Positions 46,251 to 57,249 of a DNA stretch of 64,000 bases are shown here, piece after piece. Within the stretch, counting starts at the first letter, position 1. The number at the start of each line of letters is the position of its first letter. The DNA is taken from positions 138,570,001 through 138,634,000 of the forward strand of contig OZ024743.1 in NCBI GenBank assembly GCA_964016885.1, given 5' to 3'. The notes beneath the pieces were generated by a model. It did not search any database. It was not told the origin of the DNA and saw only the letters and a program-made list of their open reading frames with translations. This DNA is from Eledone cirrhosa. Taxonomy: Eukaryota. The position numbers were made by a program, and so were the translations under genes.

Positions 46251-49200
46251 GTGTTTGGTGTTTGTACTTGGTGCTTGGTGCTTGGTGCTTGGTGTTTGGT
46301 GCTTGGTGTTTGGTGGTTGGTGTTTGGTGCTTGGTGTTAGGTGTTTGGTGCTTGGTGCTTGGTGTTTGGTGTTTGGTGCTTGGTGTTTGGTGTTTGGTGC
46401 TTGGTGTTTGGTGCTTTTTGCTTGGTGCTTGGTGCTTGGTGTTTGGTGCTTGGTTCTTGGTGTTTGGTGCTGGGTGCTTGGTGTTTGGTGTTTGGTGTTA
46501 TATGCTTGGTGTTTGATGCTTGGTGCTTGGTGCTTGGTGTTTGGTGTTTGGTGCTTGGTGTTTGATGCTTGGTGCTTGGTGCTTGGTGTTTGGTGCTTGG
46601 TGCTTGGTGTTTGGTGCTTGGTGCTTGGTGTTTGGTGTTTGGTGCTTGGTGCTTGGTGCTTGGTGTTTGGTGGTTGGTGCTTGGTGCTTGGTGTTAGGTG
46701 TTTGGTGCTTGGTGCTTGGTGTTTGGTGTTTGGTGCTTGGTGTTTGGTGTTTGGTGCTTGGTGCTTGGTGCTTGGTGTTAGGTGTTTGGTGCTTGGTGCT
46801 TGGTGTTAGGTGTTTGGTGCTTGGTGTTTGGTGTCTGGTTTTTGGTGCTTGGTGCTTGGTGTTTGGTGCTTGCTGCTGGCTGCTTGGTGTTTGGTGCCTG
46901 GTGATTGGTGCTTGGTGTTTGGTGCTTGGTGTTTTGTGTTTGGTGCTTGGTATTTGGTGCTTGGTGCTTGGTGTTTGTACTTGGTGCTTGGTGCTTGGTG
47001 TTTGGTTCTTGGTTCTTGGTGTTTGGTGTTTGGCGATTGGTGTTTGGTGCTTGGTGCTTGGTGTTTGGTGCCTGGTGCTTGGTGCTTGGTGCTTGGTGTT
47101 TCGTGTTTGGTGCTTGGTGTTTGGTGTTTGGTGCTTGGTGCTTGGTGCTTGGTGTTTGGTGGTTGGTGCTTGGTGCTTGGTGTTAGGTGTTTGGTGCTTG
47201 GTGCTTGGTGTTTGGTGTTTGGTGCTTGGTGTTTGGTGTTTGGTGCTTGGTGCTTGGTGCTTGGTGTTAGGTGTTTGGTGCTTGGTGTTTGGTGTCTGGT
47301 TTTTGGTGCTTGGTGCTTGGTGTTTGGTGCTTGCTGCTGGCTGCTTGGTGTTTGGTGCCTGGTGATTGGTGCTTGGTGTTTGGTGCTTGGTGTTTTGTGT
47401 TTGGTGCTTGGTATTTGGTGCTTGGTGCTTGGTGTTTGTACTTGGTGCTTGGTGCTTGGTGTTTGGTTCTTGGTTCTTGGTGTTTGGTGTTTGGCGATTG
47501 GTGTTTGGTGCTTGGTGCTTGGTGTTTGGTGCCTGGTGCTTGGTGCTTGGTGCTTGGTGTTTCGTGTTTGGTGCTTGGTGCTTGGAGTTTGGTGTTTGGT
47601 GCTTGGTGCTTGGTGTTTTGTGTTTGGTGCTTGGTGTTTGATGCTTGGTGCTTGGTGCTTGGTGTTTTGTGTTTGGTGCTTGGTTCTTGGTGTTTGGTGC
47701 TTGGTGCTTGGTGCTTGGTGTTTGTACTTGGTGCTTGGTTCTTGGTGTTTGGTTCTTGGTTCTTGGTGTTTGGTACTTGGTGCTTGGTGCTTGGTGCTTG
47801 ATGTTTGGTGTTTGGTGGTTGGTGTTTGGTGCTTGGTGCTTGGTGCTTGGTGTTAGGTATTTGGTGCTTGGTCCTTGGTGTTTGGTGCTTGGTGTTTGGT
47901 GTTTGCTGTCTGCTTTTTGGTGTTTAGTGTTTGCTGTATGGTGTTTGGTGTTTGCTGTTTGGTGTTTGGTCTTTGGTGCTTGGTGTTTGGTGCTTGGTGC
48001 TTGGTGTTTGGTGTTTGGTGCTTGGTGCTTGGTGTTTGGTGTTATATGCTTGGTGTTTGATGCTTGGTGCTTTGTGCTTGGTGTTTGGTGTTTGGTGTTT
48101 GTACTTGGTGCTTGGTGCTTGGTGCTTGGTGTTTGGTGCTTGGTGTTTGGTGGTTGGTGTTTGGTGCTTGGTGTTAGGTGTTTGGTGCTTGGTGCTTGGT
48201 GTTTGGTGTTTGGTGCTTGGTGTTTGGTGTTTGGTGCTTGGTGTTTGGTGCTTTTTGCTTGGTGCTTGGTGCTTGGTGTTTGGTGCTTGGTTCTTGCTGT
48301 TTGGTGCTGGGTGCTTGGTGTTTGGTGTTTGGTGTTATATGCTTGGTGTTTGATGCTTGGTGCTTGGTGCTTGGTGTTTGGTGTTTGGTGCTTGGTGTTT
48401 GATGCTTGGTGCTTGGTGCTTGGTGTTTGGTGCTTGGTGCTTGGTGTTTGGTGCTTGGTGCTTGGTGTTTGGTGTTTGGTGCTTGGTGCTTGGTGCTTGG
48501 TGTTTGGTGGTTGGTGCTTGGTGCTTGGTGTTAGGTGTTTGGTGCTTGGTGCTTGGTGTTTGGTGTTTGGTGCTTGGTGTTTGGTGTTTGGTGCTTGGTG
48601 CTTGGTGCTTGGTGTTAGGTGTTTGGTGTTTGGTGTTTGGTGCTTGGTGCTTGGTGCTTGGTGTTTGGTGCTTGGTGCTTGGTGTTTGGTGTTTGGTGCT
48701 TGGTGTTTGATGCTTGGTGCTTGGTGCTTGGTGTTTGGTGCTTGGTGCTTGGTGTTTGGTGCTTGGTGCTTGGTGTTTGGTGTTTGGTGCTTGGTGCTTG
48801 GTGCTTGGTGTTTGGTGGTTGGTGCTTGGTGCTTGGTGTTAGGTGTTTGGTGCTTGGTGCTTGGTGTTTGGTGTTTGGTGCTTGGTGTTTGGTGTTTGGT
48901 GCTTGGTGCTTGGTGCTTGGTGTTAGGTGTTTGGTGCTTGGTACTTGGTGCTTGGTGCTTGGTGTTAGGTGTTTGGTGCTTGGTGTTTGGTGTCTGGTTT
49001 TTGGTGCTTGGTGCTTGGTGTTTGGTGCTTGCTGCTGGCTGCTTGGTGTTTGGTGCCTGGTGATTGGTGCTTGGTGTTTGGTGCTTGGTGTTTTGTGTTT
49101 GGTGCTTGGTATTTGGTGCTTGGTGCTTGGTGTTTGTACTTGGTGCTTGGTGCTTGGTGTTTGGTTCTTGGTTCTTGGTGTTTGGTGTTTGGCGATTGGT

Positions 49201-49850
49201 GTTTGGTGCTTGGTGCTTGGTGTTTGGTGCCTGGTGCTTGGTGCTTGGTGCTTGGTGTTTCGTGTTTGGTGCTTGGTGCTTGGAGTTTGGTGTTTGGTGC
49301 TTGGTGCTTGGTGTTTTGTGTTTGGTGCTTGGTGTTTGATGCTTGGTGCTTGGTGCTTGGTGTTTTGTGTTTGGTGCTTGGTTCTTGGTGTTTGGTGCTT
49401 GGTGCTTGGTGCTTGGTGTTTGTACTTGGTGCTTGGTTCTTGGTGTTTGGTTCTTGGTTCTTGGTGTTTGGTACTTGGTGCTTGGTGCTTGGTGCTTGAT
49501 GTTTGGTGTTTGGTGGTTGGTGTTTGGTGCTTGGTGCTTGGTGCTTGGTGTTAGGTATTTGGTGCTTGGTCCTTGGTGTTTGGTGCTTGGTGTTTGGTGT
49601 TTGCTGTCTGCTTTTTGGTGTTTAGTGTTTGCTGTATGGTGTTTGGTGTTTGCTGTTTGGTGTTTGGTCTTTGGTGCTTGGTGTTTGGTGCTTGGTGCTT
49701 GGTGTTTGGTGTTTGGTGCTTGGTGCTTGGTGTTTGGTGTTATATGCTTGGTGTTTGATGCTTGGTGCTTTGTGCTTGGTGTTTGGTGTTTGGTGTTTGT
49801 ACTTGGTGCTTGGTGCTTGGTGCTTGGTGTTTGGTGCTTGGTGTTTGGTG
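45250..49850. repeat. Cluster of shorter duplications (1837-, 1698- and 461-bp offsets) derived from the start of the 5204-bp unit
   Basis: 45434/47271, 45808/47645 and 46341/48178 = 1837; 47271/48969 and 47645/49343 = 1698; 46810/47271 = 461. Confidence 0.85.
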
Positions 49851-50799
49851 CTTGGTGCTTGGTGCTTGGTGCTTGGTGCTTGGTGTTTGGTGGTTGGTGT
49901 TTGGTGCTTGGTGTTAGGTGTTTGGTGCTTGGTGCTTGGTGTTTGGTGTTTGGTGCTTGGTGTTTGGTGTTTGGTGCTTGGTGTTTGGTGCTTGGTACTT
50001 GGTGCTTGGTGCTTGGTGTTAGGTGTTTGGTGCTTGGTGTTTGGTGCTTGGTGTTTGGTGCTTGGTGCTTGGTGCTTGGTGCTTGGTGTTTGGTGGTTGG
50101 TGTTTAGTGCTTGGTGTTAGTTGTTTGGTGCTTGGTGCTTGGTGTTTGGTGTTTGGTGCTTGGTGTTTGGTGTTTGGTGCTTGGTGTTTGGTGCTTTTTG
50201 CTTGGTGCTTGGTGCTTGGTGTTTGGTGCTTGGTGCTTGGTGTTTGGTGCTGGGTGCTTGGTGTTTGGTGTTTGGTGTTATATGCTTGGTGTTTGATGCT
50301 TGGTGCTTGGTGCTTGGTGTTTGGTGTTTGGTGCTTGGTGTTTGATGCTTGGTGCTTGGTGCTTGGTGTTTGGTGCTTGGTGCTTGGTGTTTGGTGCTTG
50401 GTGCTTGGTGTTTGGTGCTTGGTGTTTGGTGCTTGGTGTTTGGTGCTTGATGTTTGGTGCTTGGTGCTTGGTGCTTGGTGCTTGGTGTTTGGTGGTTGGT
50501 GCTTGGTGCTTGGTGTTAGGTGTTTGGTGCTTGGTGCTTGGTGTTTGGTGTTTGGTGCTTGGTGTTTGGTGTTTGGTGCTTGCTGCTGGCTGCTTGGTGT
50601 TTGGTGCTTGGTGATTGGTGCTTGGTGTTTGGTGCTTGGTGTTTGGTGTTTGGTGCTAGGTGCTTGGTGTTTGGTGCTTGGTGCTTGGTGTTTGTACTTG
50701 GTGCTTGGTGCTTGGTTCTTGGTGTTTGGTGCTTGGTGCTTGGTGTTTGGTGCTTGGTGCTTGGTGTTTGGTGCTTGGTGTTTGGTGCTTGGTGTTTGG

Positions 50800-53700
50800 T
50801 GCTTGGTTCTTGGTGCTTGGTGTTTGGTGCTTGGTGTTTGGTGCTTGGTGTTAGGTGTTTGGTGCTTTGTGTTTGGTGCTTGGTACTTGGTGCTTGGTGC
50901 TTGGTGTTAGGTGTTTGGTGCTTGGTGTTTGGTGTCTGGTTTTTGGTGCTTGGTGCTTGGTGTTTGGTGCTTGCTGCTGGCTGCTTGGTGTTTGGTGCTT
51001 GGTGATTGGTGCTTGGTGTTTGGTGCTTGGTGTTTGGTGTTTGGTGCTAGATGCTTGGTGTTTGGTGCTTGGTGCTTGGTGTTTGTACTTGGTGCTTGGT
51101 GCTTGGTTCTTGGTGTTTGGTGCTTGGTGCTTGGTGTTTGGTGCTTGGTGCTTGGTGTTTGGTGCTTGGTGTTTGGTGCTTGGTGCTTGGTGCTTGGTGT
51201 TTGTACTTGGTGCTTGGTGCTTGGTGTTTGGTTCTTGGTTCTTGGTGTTTGGTACTTGGTGCTTGGTGCTTGGTGCTTGATGTTTGGTGTTTGGTGGTTG
51301 GTGTTTGGTGCTTGGTGCTTGGTGCTTGGTGTTAGGTGTTTGGTGCTTGGTCCTTGGTGTTTGGTGCTTGGTGTTTGGTGTTTGCTGTCTGCTTTTTGGT
51401 GTTTAGTGTTTGCTGTATGGTGTTTGGTGTTTGCTGTTTGGTGTTTGGTCTTTGGTGCTTGGTGTTTGGTGCTTGGTGCTTGGTGTTTGGTGTTTGGTGC
51501 TTGGTGCTTGGTGTTTGGTGTTATATGCTTGGTGTTTGATGCTTGGTGCTTGGTGCTTGGTGTTTGGTGTTTGGTGTTTGTACTTGGTGCTTGGTGCTTG
51601 GTGCTTGGTGTTTGGTGCTTGGTGTTTGGTGCTTGGTGCTTGGTGCTTGGTGCTTGGTGCTTGGTGTTTGGTGGTTGATGTTTGGTGCTTGGTGTTAGGT
51701 GTTTGGTGCTTGGTGCTTGGTGTTTTTTGTGTTTGGTGCTTGGTGTTTGGTGTTTGGTGCTTGCTGTTTGGTGCTTGGTACTTGGTGCTTGGTGCTTGGT
51801 GTTAGGTGTTTGGTGCTTGGTGTTTGGTGCTTGGTGTTTGGTGCTTGGTGCTTGGTGCTTGGTGCTTGGTGTTTGGTGGTTGGTGTTTGGTGCTTGGTGT
51901 TAGGTGTTTGGTGCTTGGTGCTTGGTGTTTGGTGTTTGGTGCTTGGTGTTTGGTGTTTGGTGCTTGGTGTTTGGTGCTTTTTGCTTGGTGCTTGGTGCTT
52001 GGTGTTTGGTGCTTGGTTCTTGGTGTTTGGTGCTGGGTGCTTGGTGTTTGGTGTTTGGTGTTATATGCTTGGTGTTTGATGCTTGGTGCTTGGTGCTTGG
52101 TGTTTGGTGTTTGGTGCTTGGTGTTTGATGCTTGGTGCTTGGTGCTTGGTGTTTGGTGCTTGGTGCTTGGTGTTTGGTGCTTGGTGCTTGGTGTTTGGTG
52201 TTTGGTGCTTGGTGTTTGGTGCTTGGTGCTTGGTGCTTGGTGCTTGGTGTTTGGTGGTTGGTGCTTGGTGCTTGGTGTTAGGTGTTTGGTGCTTGGTGCT
52301 TGGTGTTTGGTGTTTGGTGCTTGGTGTTTGGTGTTTGGTGCTTGGTGTTTGGTGCTTGGTACTTGGTGCTTGGTGCTTGGTGTTAGGTGTTTGGTGCTTG
52401 GTGTATGGTGTCTGGTTTTTGGTGCTTGGTGCTTGGTGTTTGGTGCTTGCTGCTGGCTGCTTGGTGTTTGGTGCCTGGCGATTGGTGCTTGGTGTTTGGT
52501 GCTTGGTGTTTGGTGTTTGGTGCTAGGTGCTTGGTGTTTGGTTCTTGGTGCTTGGTGTTTGTACTTGGTGCTTGGTGCTTGGTTCTTGGTGTTTGGTGCT
52601 TGGTGCTTGGTGTTTGGTGCTTGGTGCTTGGTGTTTGGTGCTTGGTGTTTGGTGCTTGGTGTTTGGTGCTTGGTGCTTGGTGCTTGGTGTTTGGTGCCTG
52701 GTGTTTGGTGCTTGGTGTTAGGTGTTTGGTGCTTGGTGCTTGGTGTTAGGTGTTTGGTGCTTGGTGTTTGGTGCTTGGTGTTTGGTGCTTGGTGCTTGGT
52801 GCTTGGTGCTTGGTGCTTGGTGTTTGGTGGTTGGTGTTTGGTGCTTGGTGTTAGGTGTTTGGTGCTTGGTGCTTGGTGTTTGGTGTTTGGTACTTGGTGT
52901 TTGGTGTTTGGTGCTTGGTGTTTGGTGCTGGGTGCTTGGTGTTTGGTGTTTGGTGTTATATGCTTGGTGTTTGATGCTTGGTGCTTGGTGCTTGGTGCTT
53001 GGTGTTTGGTGTTTGGTGCTTGGTGTTTGATGCTTGGTGCTTGGTGCTTGGTGTTTGGTAATTGGTGCTTGGTGTTTGTACTTGGTGCTTGGTGCTTGGT
53101 TCTTGGTGTTTGGTGCTTGGTGCTTGGTGTTTGGTGCTTGGTGCTTGGTGTTTGGTGCTTGGTGTTTGGTGCTTGGTGTTTGGTGCTTGGTTCTTGGTGC
53201 TTGGTGTTTGGTGCTTGGTGTTTGGTGCTTGGTGTTAGGTGTTTGGTGCTTGGTGTTTGGTGCTTGGTACTTGGTGCTTGGTGCTTGGTGTTAGCTGTTT
53301 GGTGCTTGGTGTTTGGTGTCTGGTTTTTGGTGCTTGGTGCTTGGTGTTTGGTGCTTGCTGCTGGCTGCTTGGTGTTTGGTGCTTGGTGATTGGTGCTTGG
53401 TGTTTGGTGCTTGGTGTTTGGTGTTTGGTGCTAGATGCTTGGTGTTTGGTGCTTGGTGCTTGGTGTTTGTACTTGGTGCTTGGTGCTTGGTTCTTGGTGT
53501 TTGGTGCTTGGTGCTTGGTGTTTGGTGCTTGGTGCTTGGTGTTTGGTGCTTGGTGTTTGGTGCTTGGTGCTTGGTGCTTGGTGTTTGTACTTGGTGCTTG
53601 GTGCTTGGTGTTTGGTTCTTGGTTCTTGGTGTTTGGTACTTGGTGCTTGGTGCTTGGTGCTTGATGTTTGGTGTTTGGTGGTTGGTGTTTGGTGCTTGGT

Positions 53701-55150
53701 GCTTGGTGCTTGGTGTTTGGTGCTTGGTCCTTGGTGTTTGGTGCTTGGTGTTTGGTGTTTGCTGTCTGCTTTTTGGTGTTTAGTGTTTGCTGTATGGTGT
53801 TTGGTGTTTGCTGTTTGGTGTTTGGTCTTTGGTGCTTGGTGTTTGGTGCTTGGTGCTTGGTGTTTGGTGTTTGGTGCTTGGTGCTTGGTGTTTGGTGTTA
53901 TATGCTTGGTGTTTGATGCTTGGTGCTTGGTGCTTGGTGTTTGGTGTTTGGTGTTTGTACTTGGTGCTTGGTGCTTGGTGCTTGGTGTTTGGTGCTTGGT
54001 GTTTGGTGCTTGGTGCTTGGTGCTTGGTGCTTGGTGCTTGGTGTTTGGTGGTTGGTGTTTGGTGCTTGGTGTTAGGTGTTTGGTGCTTGGTGCTTGGTGT
54101 TTGGTGTTTGGTGCTTGGTGTTTGGTGTTTGGTGCTTGGTGTTTGGTGCTTGGTACTTGGTGCTTGGTGCTTGGTGTTAGGTGTTTGGTGCTTGGTGTTT
54201 GGTGCTTGGTGTTTGGTGCTTGGTGCTTGGTGCTTGGTGCTTGGTGTTTGGTGGTTGGTGTTTGGTGCTTGGTGTTAGGTGTTTGGTGCTTGGTGCTTGG
54301 TGTTTGGTGTTTGGTGCTTGGTGTTTGGTGTTTGGTGCTTGGTGTTTGGTGCTTTTTGCTTGGTGCTTGGTGCTTGGTGTTTGGTGCTTGGTTCTTGGTG
54401 TTTGGTGCTGGGTGCTTGGTGTTTGGTGTTTGGTGTTATATGCTTCGTGTTTGATGCTTGGTGCTTGGTGCTTGGTGTTTGGTGTTTGGTGCTTGGTGTT
54501 TGATGCTTGGTGCTTGGTGCTTGGTGTTTGGTGCTTGGTGCTTGGTGTTTGGTGCTTGGTGCTTGGTGTTTGGTGTTTGGTGCTTGGTGTTTGGTGCTTG
54601 GTGCTTGGTGCTTGGTGCTTGGTGTTTGGTGGTTGGTGCTTGGTGCTTGGTGTTAGGTGTTTGGTGCTTGGTGCTTGGTGTTTGGTGTTTGGTGCTTGGT
54701 GTTTGGTGTTTGGTGCTTGGTGTTTGGTGCTTGGTACTTGGTGCTTGGTGCTTGGTGTTAGGTGTTTGGTGCTTGGTGTTTGGTGTCTGGTTTTTGGTGC
54801 TTGGTGCTTGGTGTTTGGTGCTTGCTGCTGGCTGCTTGGTGTTTGGTGCCTCGTGATTGGTGCTTGGTGTTTGGTGCTTGGTGTTTGGTGTTTGGTGCTA
54901 GGTGCTTGGTGTTTGGTTCTTGGTGCTTGGTGTTTGTACTTGGTGCTTGGTGCTTGGTTCTTGGTGTTTGGTGCTTGGTGCTTGGTGTTTGGTGCTTGGT
55001 GCTTGGTGTTTGGTGCTTGGTGTTTGGTGCTTGGTGTTTGGTGCTTGGTGCTTGGTGCTTGGTGTTTGGTGCCTGGTGTTTGGTGCTTGGTGTTAGGTGT
55101 TTGCTGCTTGGTGCTTGGTGTTAGGTGTTTGGTGCTTGGTGTTTGGTGCT
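50800..55150. repeat. Duplicated block at 2375-2384-bp offset
   Basis: 51806/54181, 51904/54279, 52387/54762 and 52527/54902 = 2375; 51410/53787 = 2377, upstream of a 2-T insertion at ~51724; 50855/53239 = 2384. Confidence 0.82.
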
Positions 55151-57249
55151 TGGTGTTTGGTGCTTGGTGTTTGGTGTTTGGTGCTTGGTGTTTGGTGCTT
55201 GGTGCTTGGTGCTTGGTGCTTGGTGTTTGGTGGTTGGTGCTTGGTGCTTGGTGTTAGGTGTTTGGTGCTTGGTGCTTGGTGTTTGGTGTTTGGTACTTGG
55301 TGTTTGGTGTTTGGTGCTTGGTGTTTGGTGCTTTTTGCTTGGTGCTTGGTGCTTGGTGTTTGGTGCTTGGTGCTTGGTGTTTGGTGCTGGGTGCTTGGTG
55401 TTTGGTGTTTGGTGTTATATGCTTGGTGTTTGATGCTTGGTGCTTGGTGCTTGGTGTTTGGTGTTTGGTGCTTGGTGTTTGATGCTTGGTGCTTGGTGCT
55501 TGGTGTTTGGTAATTGGTGCTTGGTGTTTGGTGCTTGGTGCTTGGTGTTTGGTGCTTGGTGTTTGGTGCTTGGTGTTTGGTGCTTCGTGCTTGGTGCTTG
55601 TTGCTTGGTGTTTGGTGGTTGGTGCTTGGTGCTTGGTGTTAGGTGTTTGGTGCTTGGTGCTTGGTGTTTGGTGTTTGGTGCTTGGTGTTTGGTGTTTGGT
55701 GCTTGGTGTTTGGTGCTTGGTACTTGGTGCTTGGTGCTTGGTGTTAGGTGTTTGGTGCTTGGTGTTTGGTGTCTGGTTTTTGGTGCTTGGTGCTTGGTGT
55801 TTGGTGCTTGCTGCTGGCTGCTTGGTGTTTTGTGCTTGGTGATTGGTGCTTGGTGTTTGGTGCTTGGTGTTTGGTGTTTGGTGCTAGGTGCTTGGTGTTT
55901 GGTGCTTGGTGCTTGGTGTTTGTACTTGGTGCTTGGTGCTTGGTTCTTGGTGTTTGGTGCTTGGTGCTTGGTGTTTGTTGCTTGGTGCTTGGTGTTTGGT
56001 GCTTGGTGTTTGGTGCTTGGTGTTTGGTGCTTGGTTCTTGGTGCTTGGTGTTTGGTGCTTGGTGTTTGGTGCTTGGTGTTAGGTGTTTGGTGCTTGGTGT
56101 TTGGTGCTTGGTACTTGGTGCTTGGTGCTTGGTGTTAGGTGTTTGGTGCTTGGTGTTTGGTGTCTGGTTTTTGGTGCTTGGTGCTTGGTGTTTGGTGCTT
56201 GCTGCTGGCTGCTTGGTGTTTGGTGCTTGGTGATTGGTGCTTGGTGTTTGGTGCTTGGTGTTTGGTGTTTGGTGCTAGATGCTTGGTGTTTGGTGCTTGG
56301 TGCTTGGTGTTTGTACTTGGTGCTTGGTGCTTGGTTCTTGGTGTTTGGTGCTTGGTGCTTGGTGTTTGGTGCTTGGTGCTTGGTGTTTGGTGCTTGGTGT
56401 TTGGTGCTTGGTGCTTGGTGCTTGGTGTTTGTACTTGGTGCTTGGTGCTTGGTGTTTGGTTCTTGGTTCTTGGTGTTTGGTACTTGGTGCTTGGTGCTTG
56501 GTGCTTGATGTTTGGTGTTTGGTGGTTGGTGTTTGGTGCTTGGTGCTTGGTGCTTGGTGTTAGGTGTTTGGTGCTTGGTCCTTGGTGTTTGGTGCTTGGT
56601 GTTTGGTGTTTGCTGTCTGCTTTTTGGTGTTTAGTGTTTGCTGTATGGTGTTTGGTGTTTGCTGTTTGGTGTTTGGTCTTTGGTGCTTGGTGTTTGGTGC
56701 TTGGTGCTTGGTGTTTGGTGTTTGGTGCTTAGTGCTTGGTGTTTGGTGTTATATGCTTGGTGTTTGATGCTTGGTGCTTGGTGCTTGGTGTTTGGTGTTT
56801 GGTGTTTGTACTTGGTGCTTGGTGCTTGGTGCTTGGTGTTTGGTGCTTGGTGTTTGGTGCTTGGTGCTTGGTGCTTGGTGCTTGGTGCTTGGTGTTTGGT
56901 GGTTGGTGTTTGGTGCTTGGTGTTAGGTGTTTGGTGCTTGGTGCTTGGTGTTTGGTGTTTGGTGCTTGGTGTTTGGTGTTTGGTGCTTGGTGTTTGGTGC
57001 TTGGTACTTGGTGCTTGGTGCTTGGTGTTAGGTGTTTGGTGCTTGGTGTTTGGTGCTTGGTGTTTGGTGCTTGGTGTTTGGTGCTTGGTGCTTGGTGTTT
57101 GGTGGTTGGTGTTTGGTGCTTGGTGTTAGGTGTTTGGTGCTTGGTGCTTGGTGTTTGGTGTTTGGTGCTTGGTGTTTGGTGTTTGGTGCTTGGTGTTTGG
57201 TGCTTTTTGCTTGGTGCTTGGTGCTTGGTGTTTGGTGCTTGGTTCTTGG

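Noticed and set aside
51724-51732. 9-bp unit TTTTTGTGT (and the 6-bp TTGGTG at 23980-23985) as meaningful insertions or terminators
   Set aside because: Single-copy 1-2 bp indels, one in a homopolymer, with no hairpin; these may be sequencing errors or private slippage.
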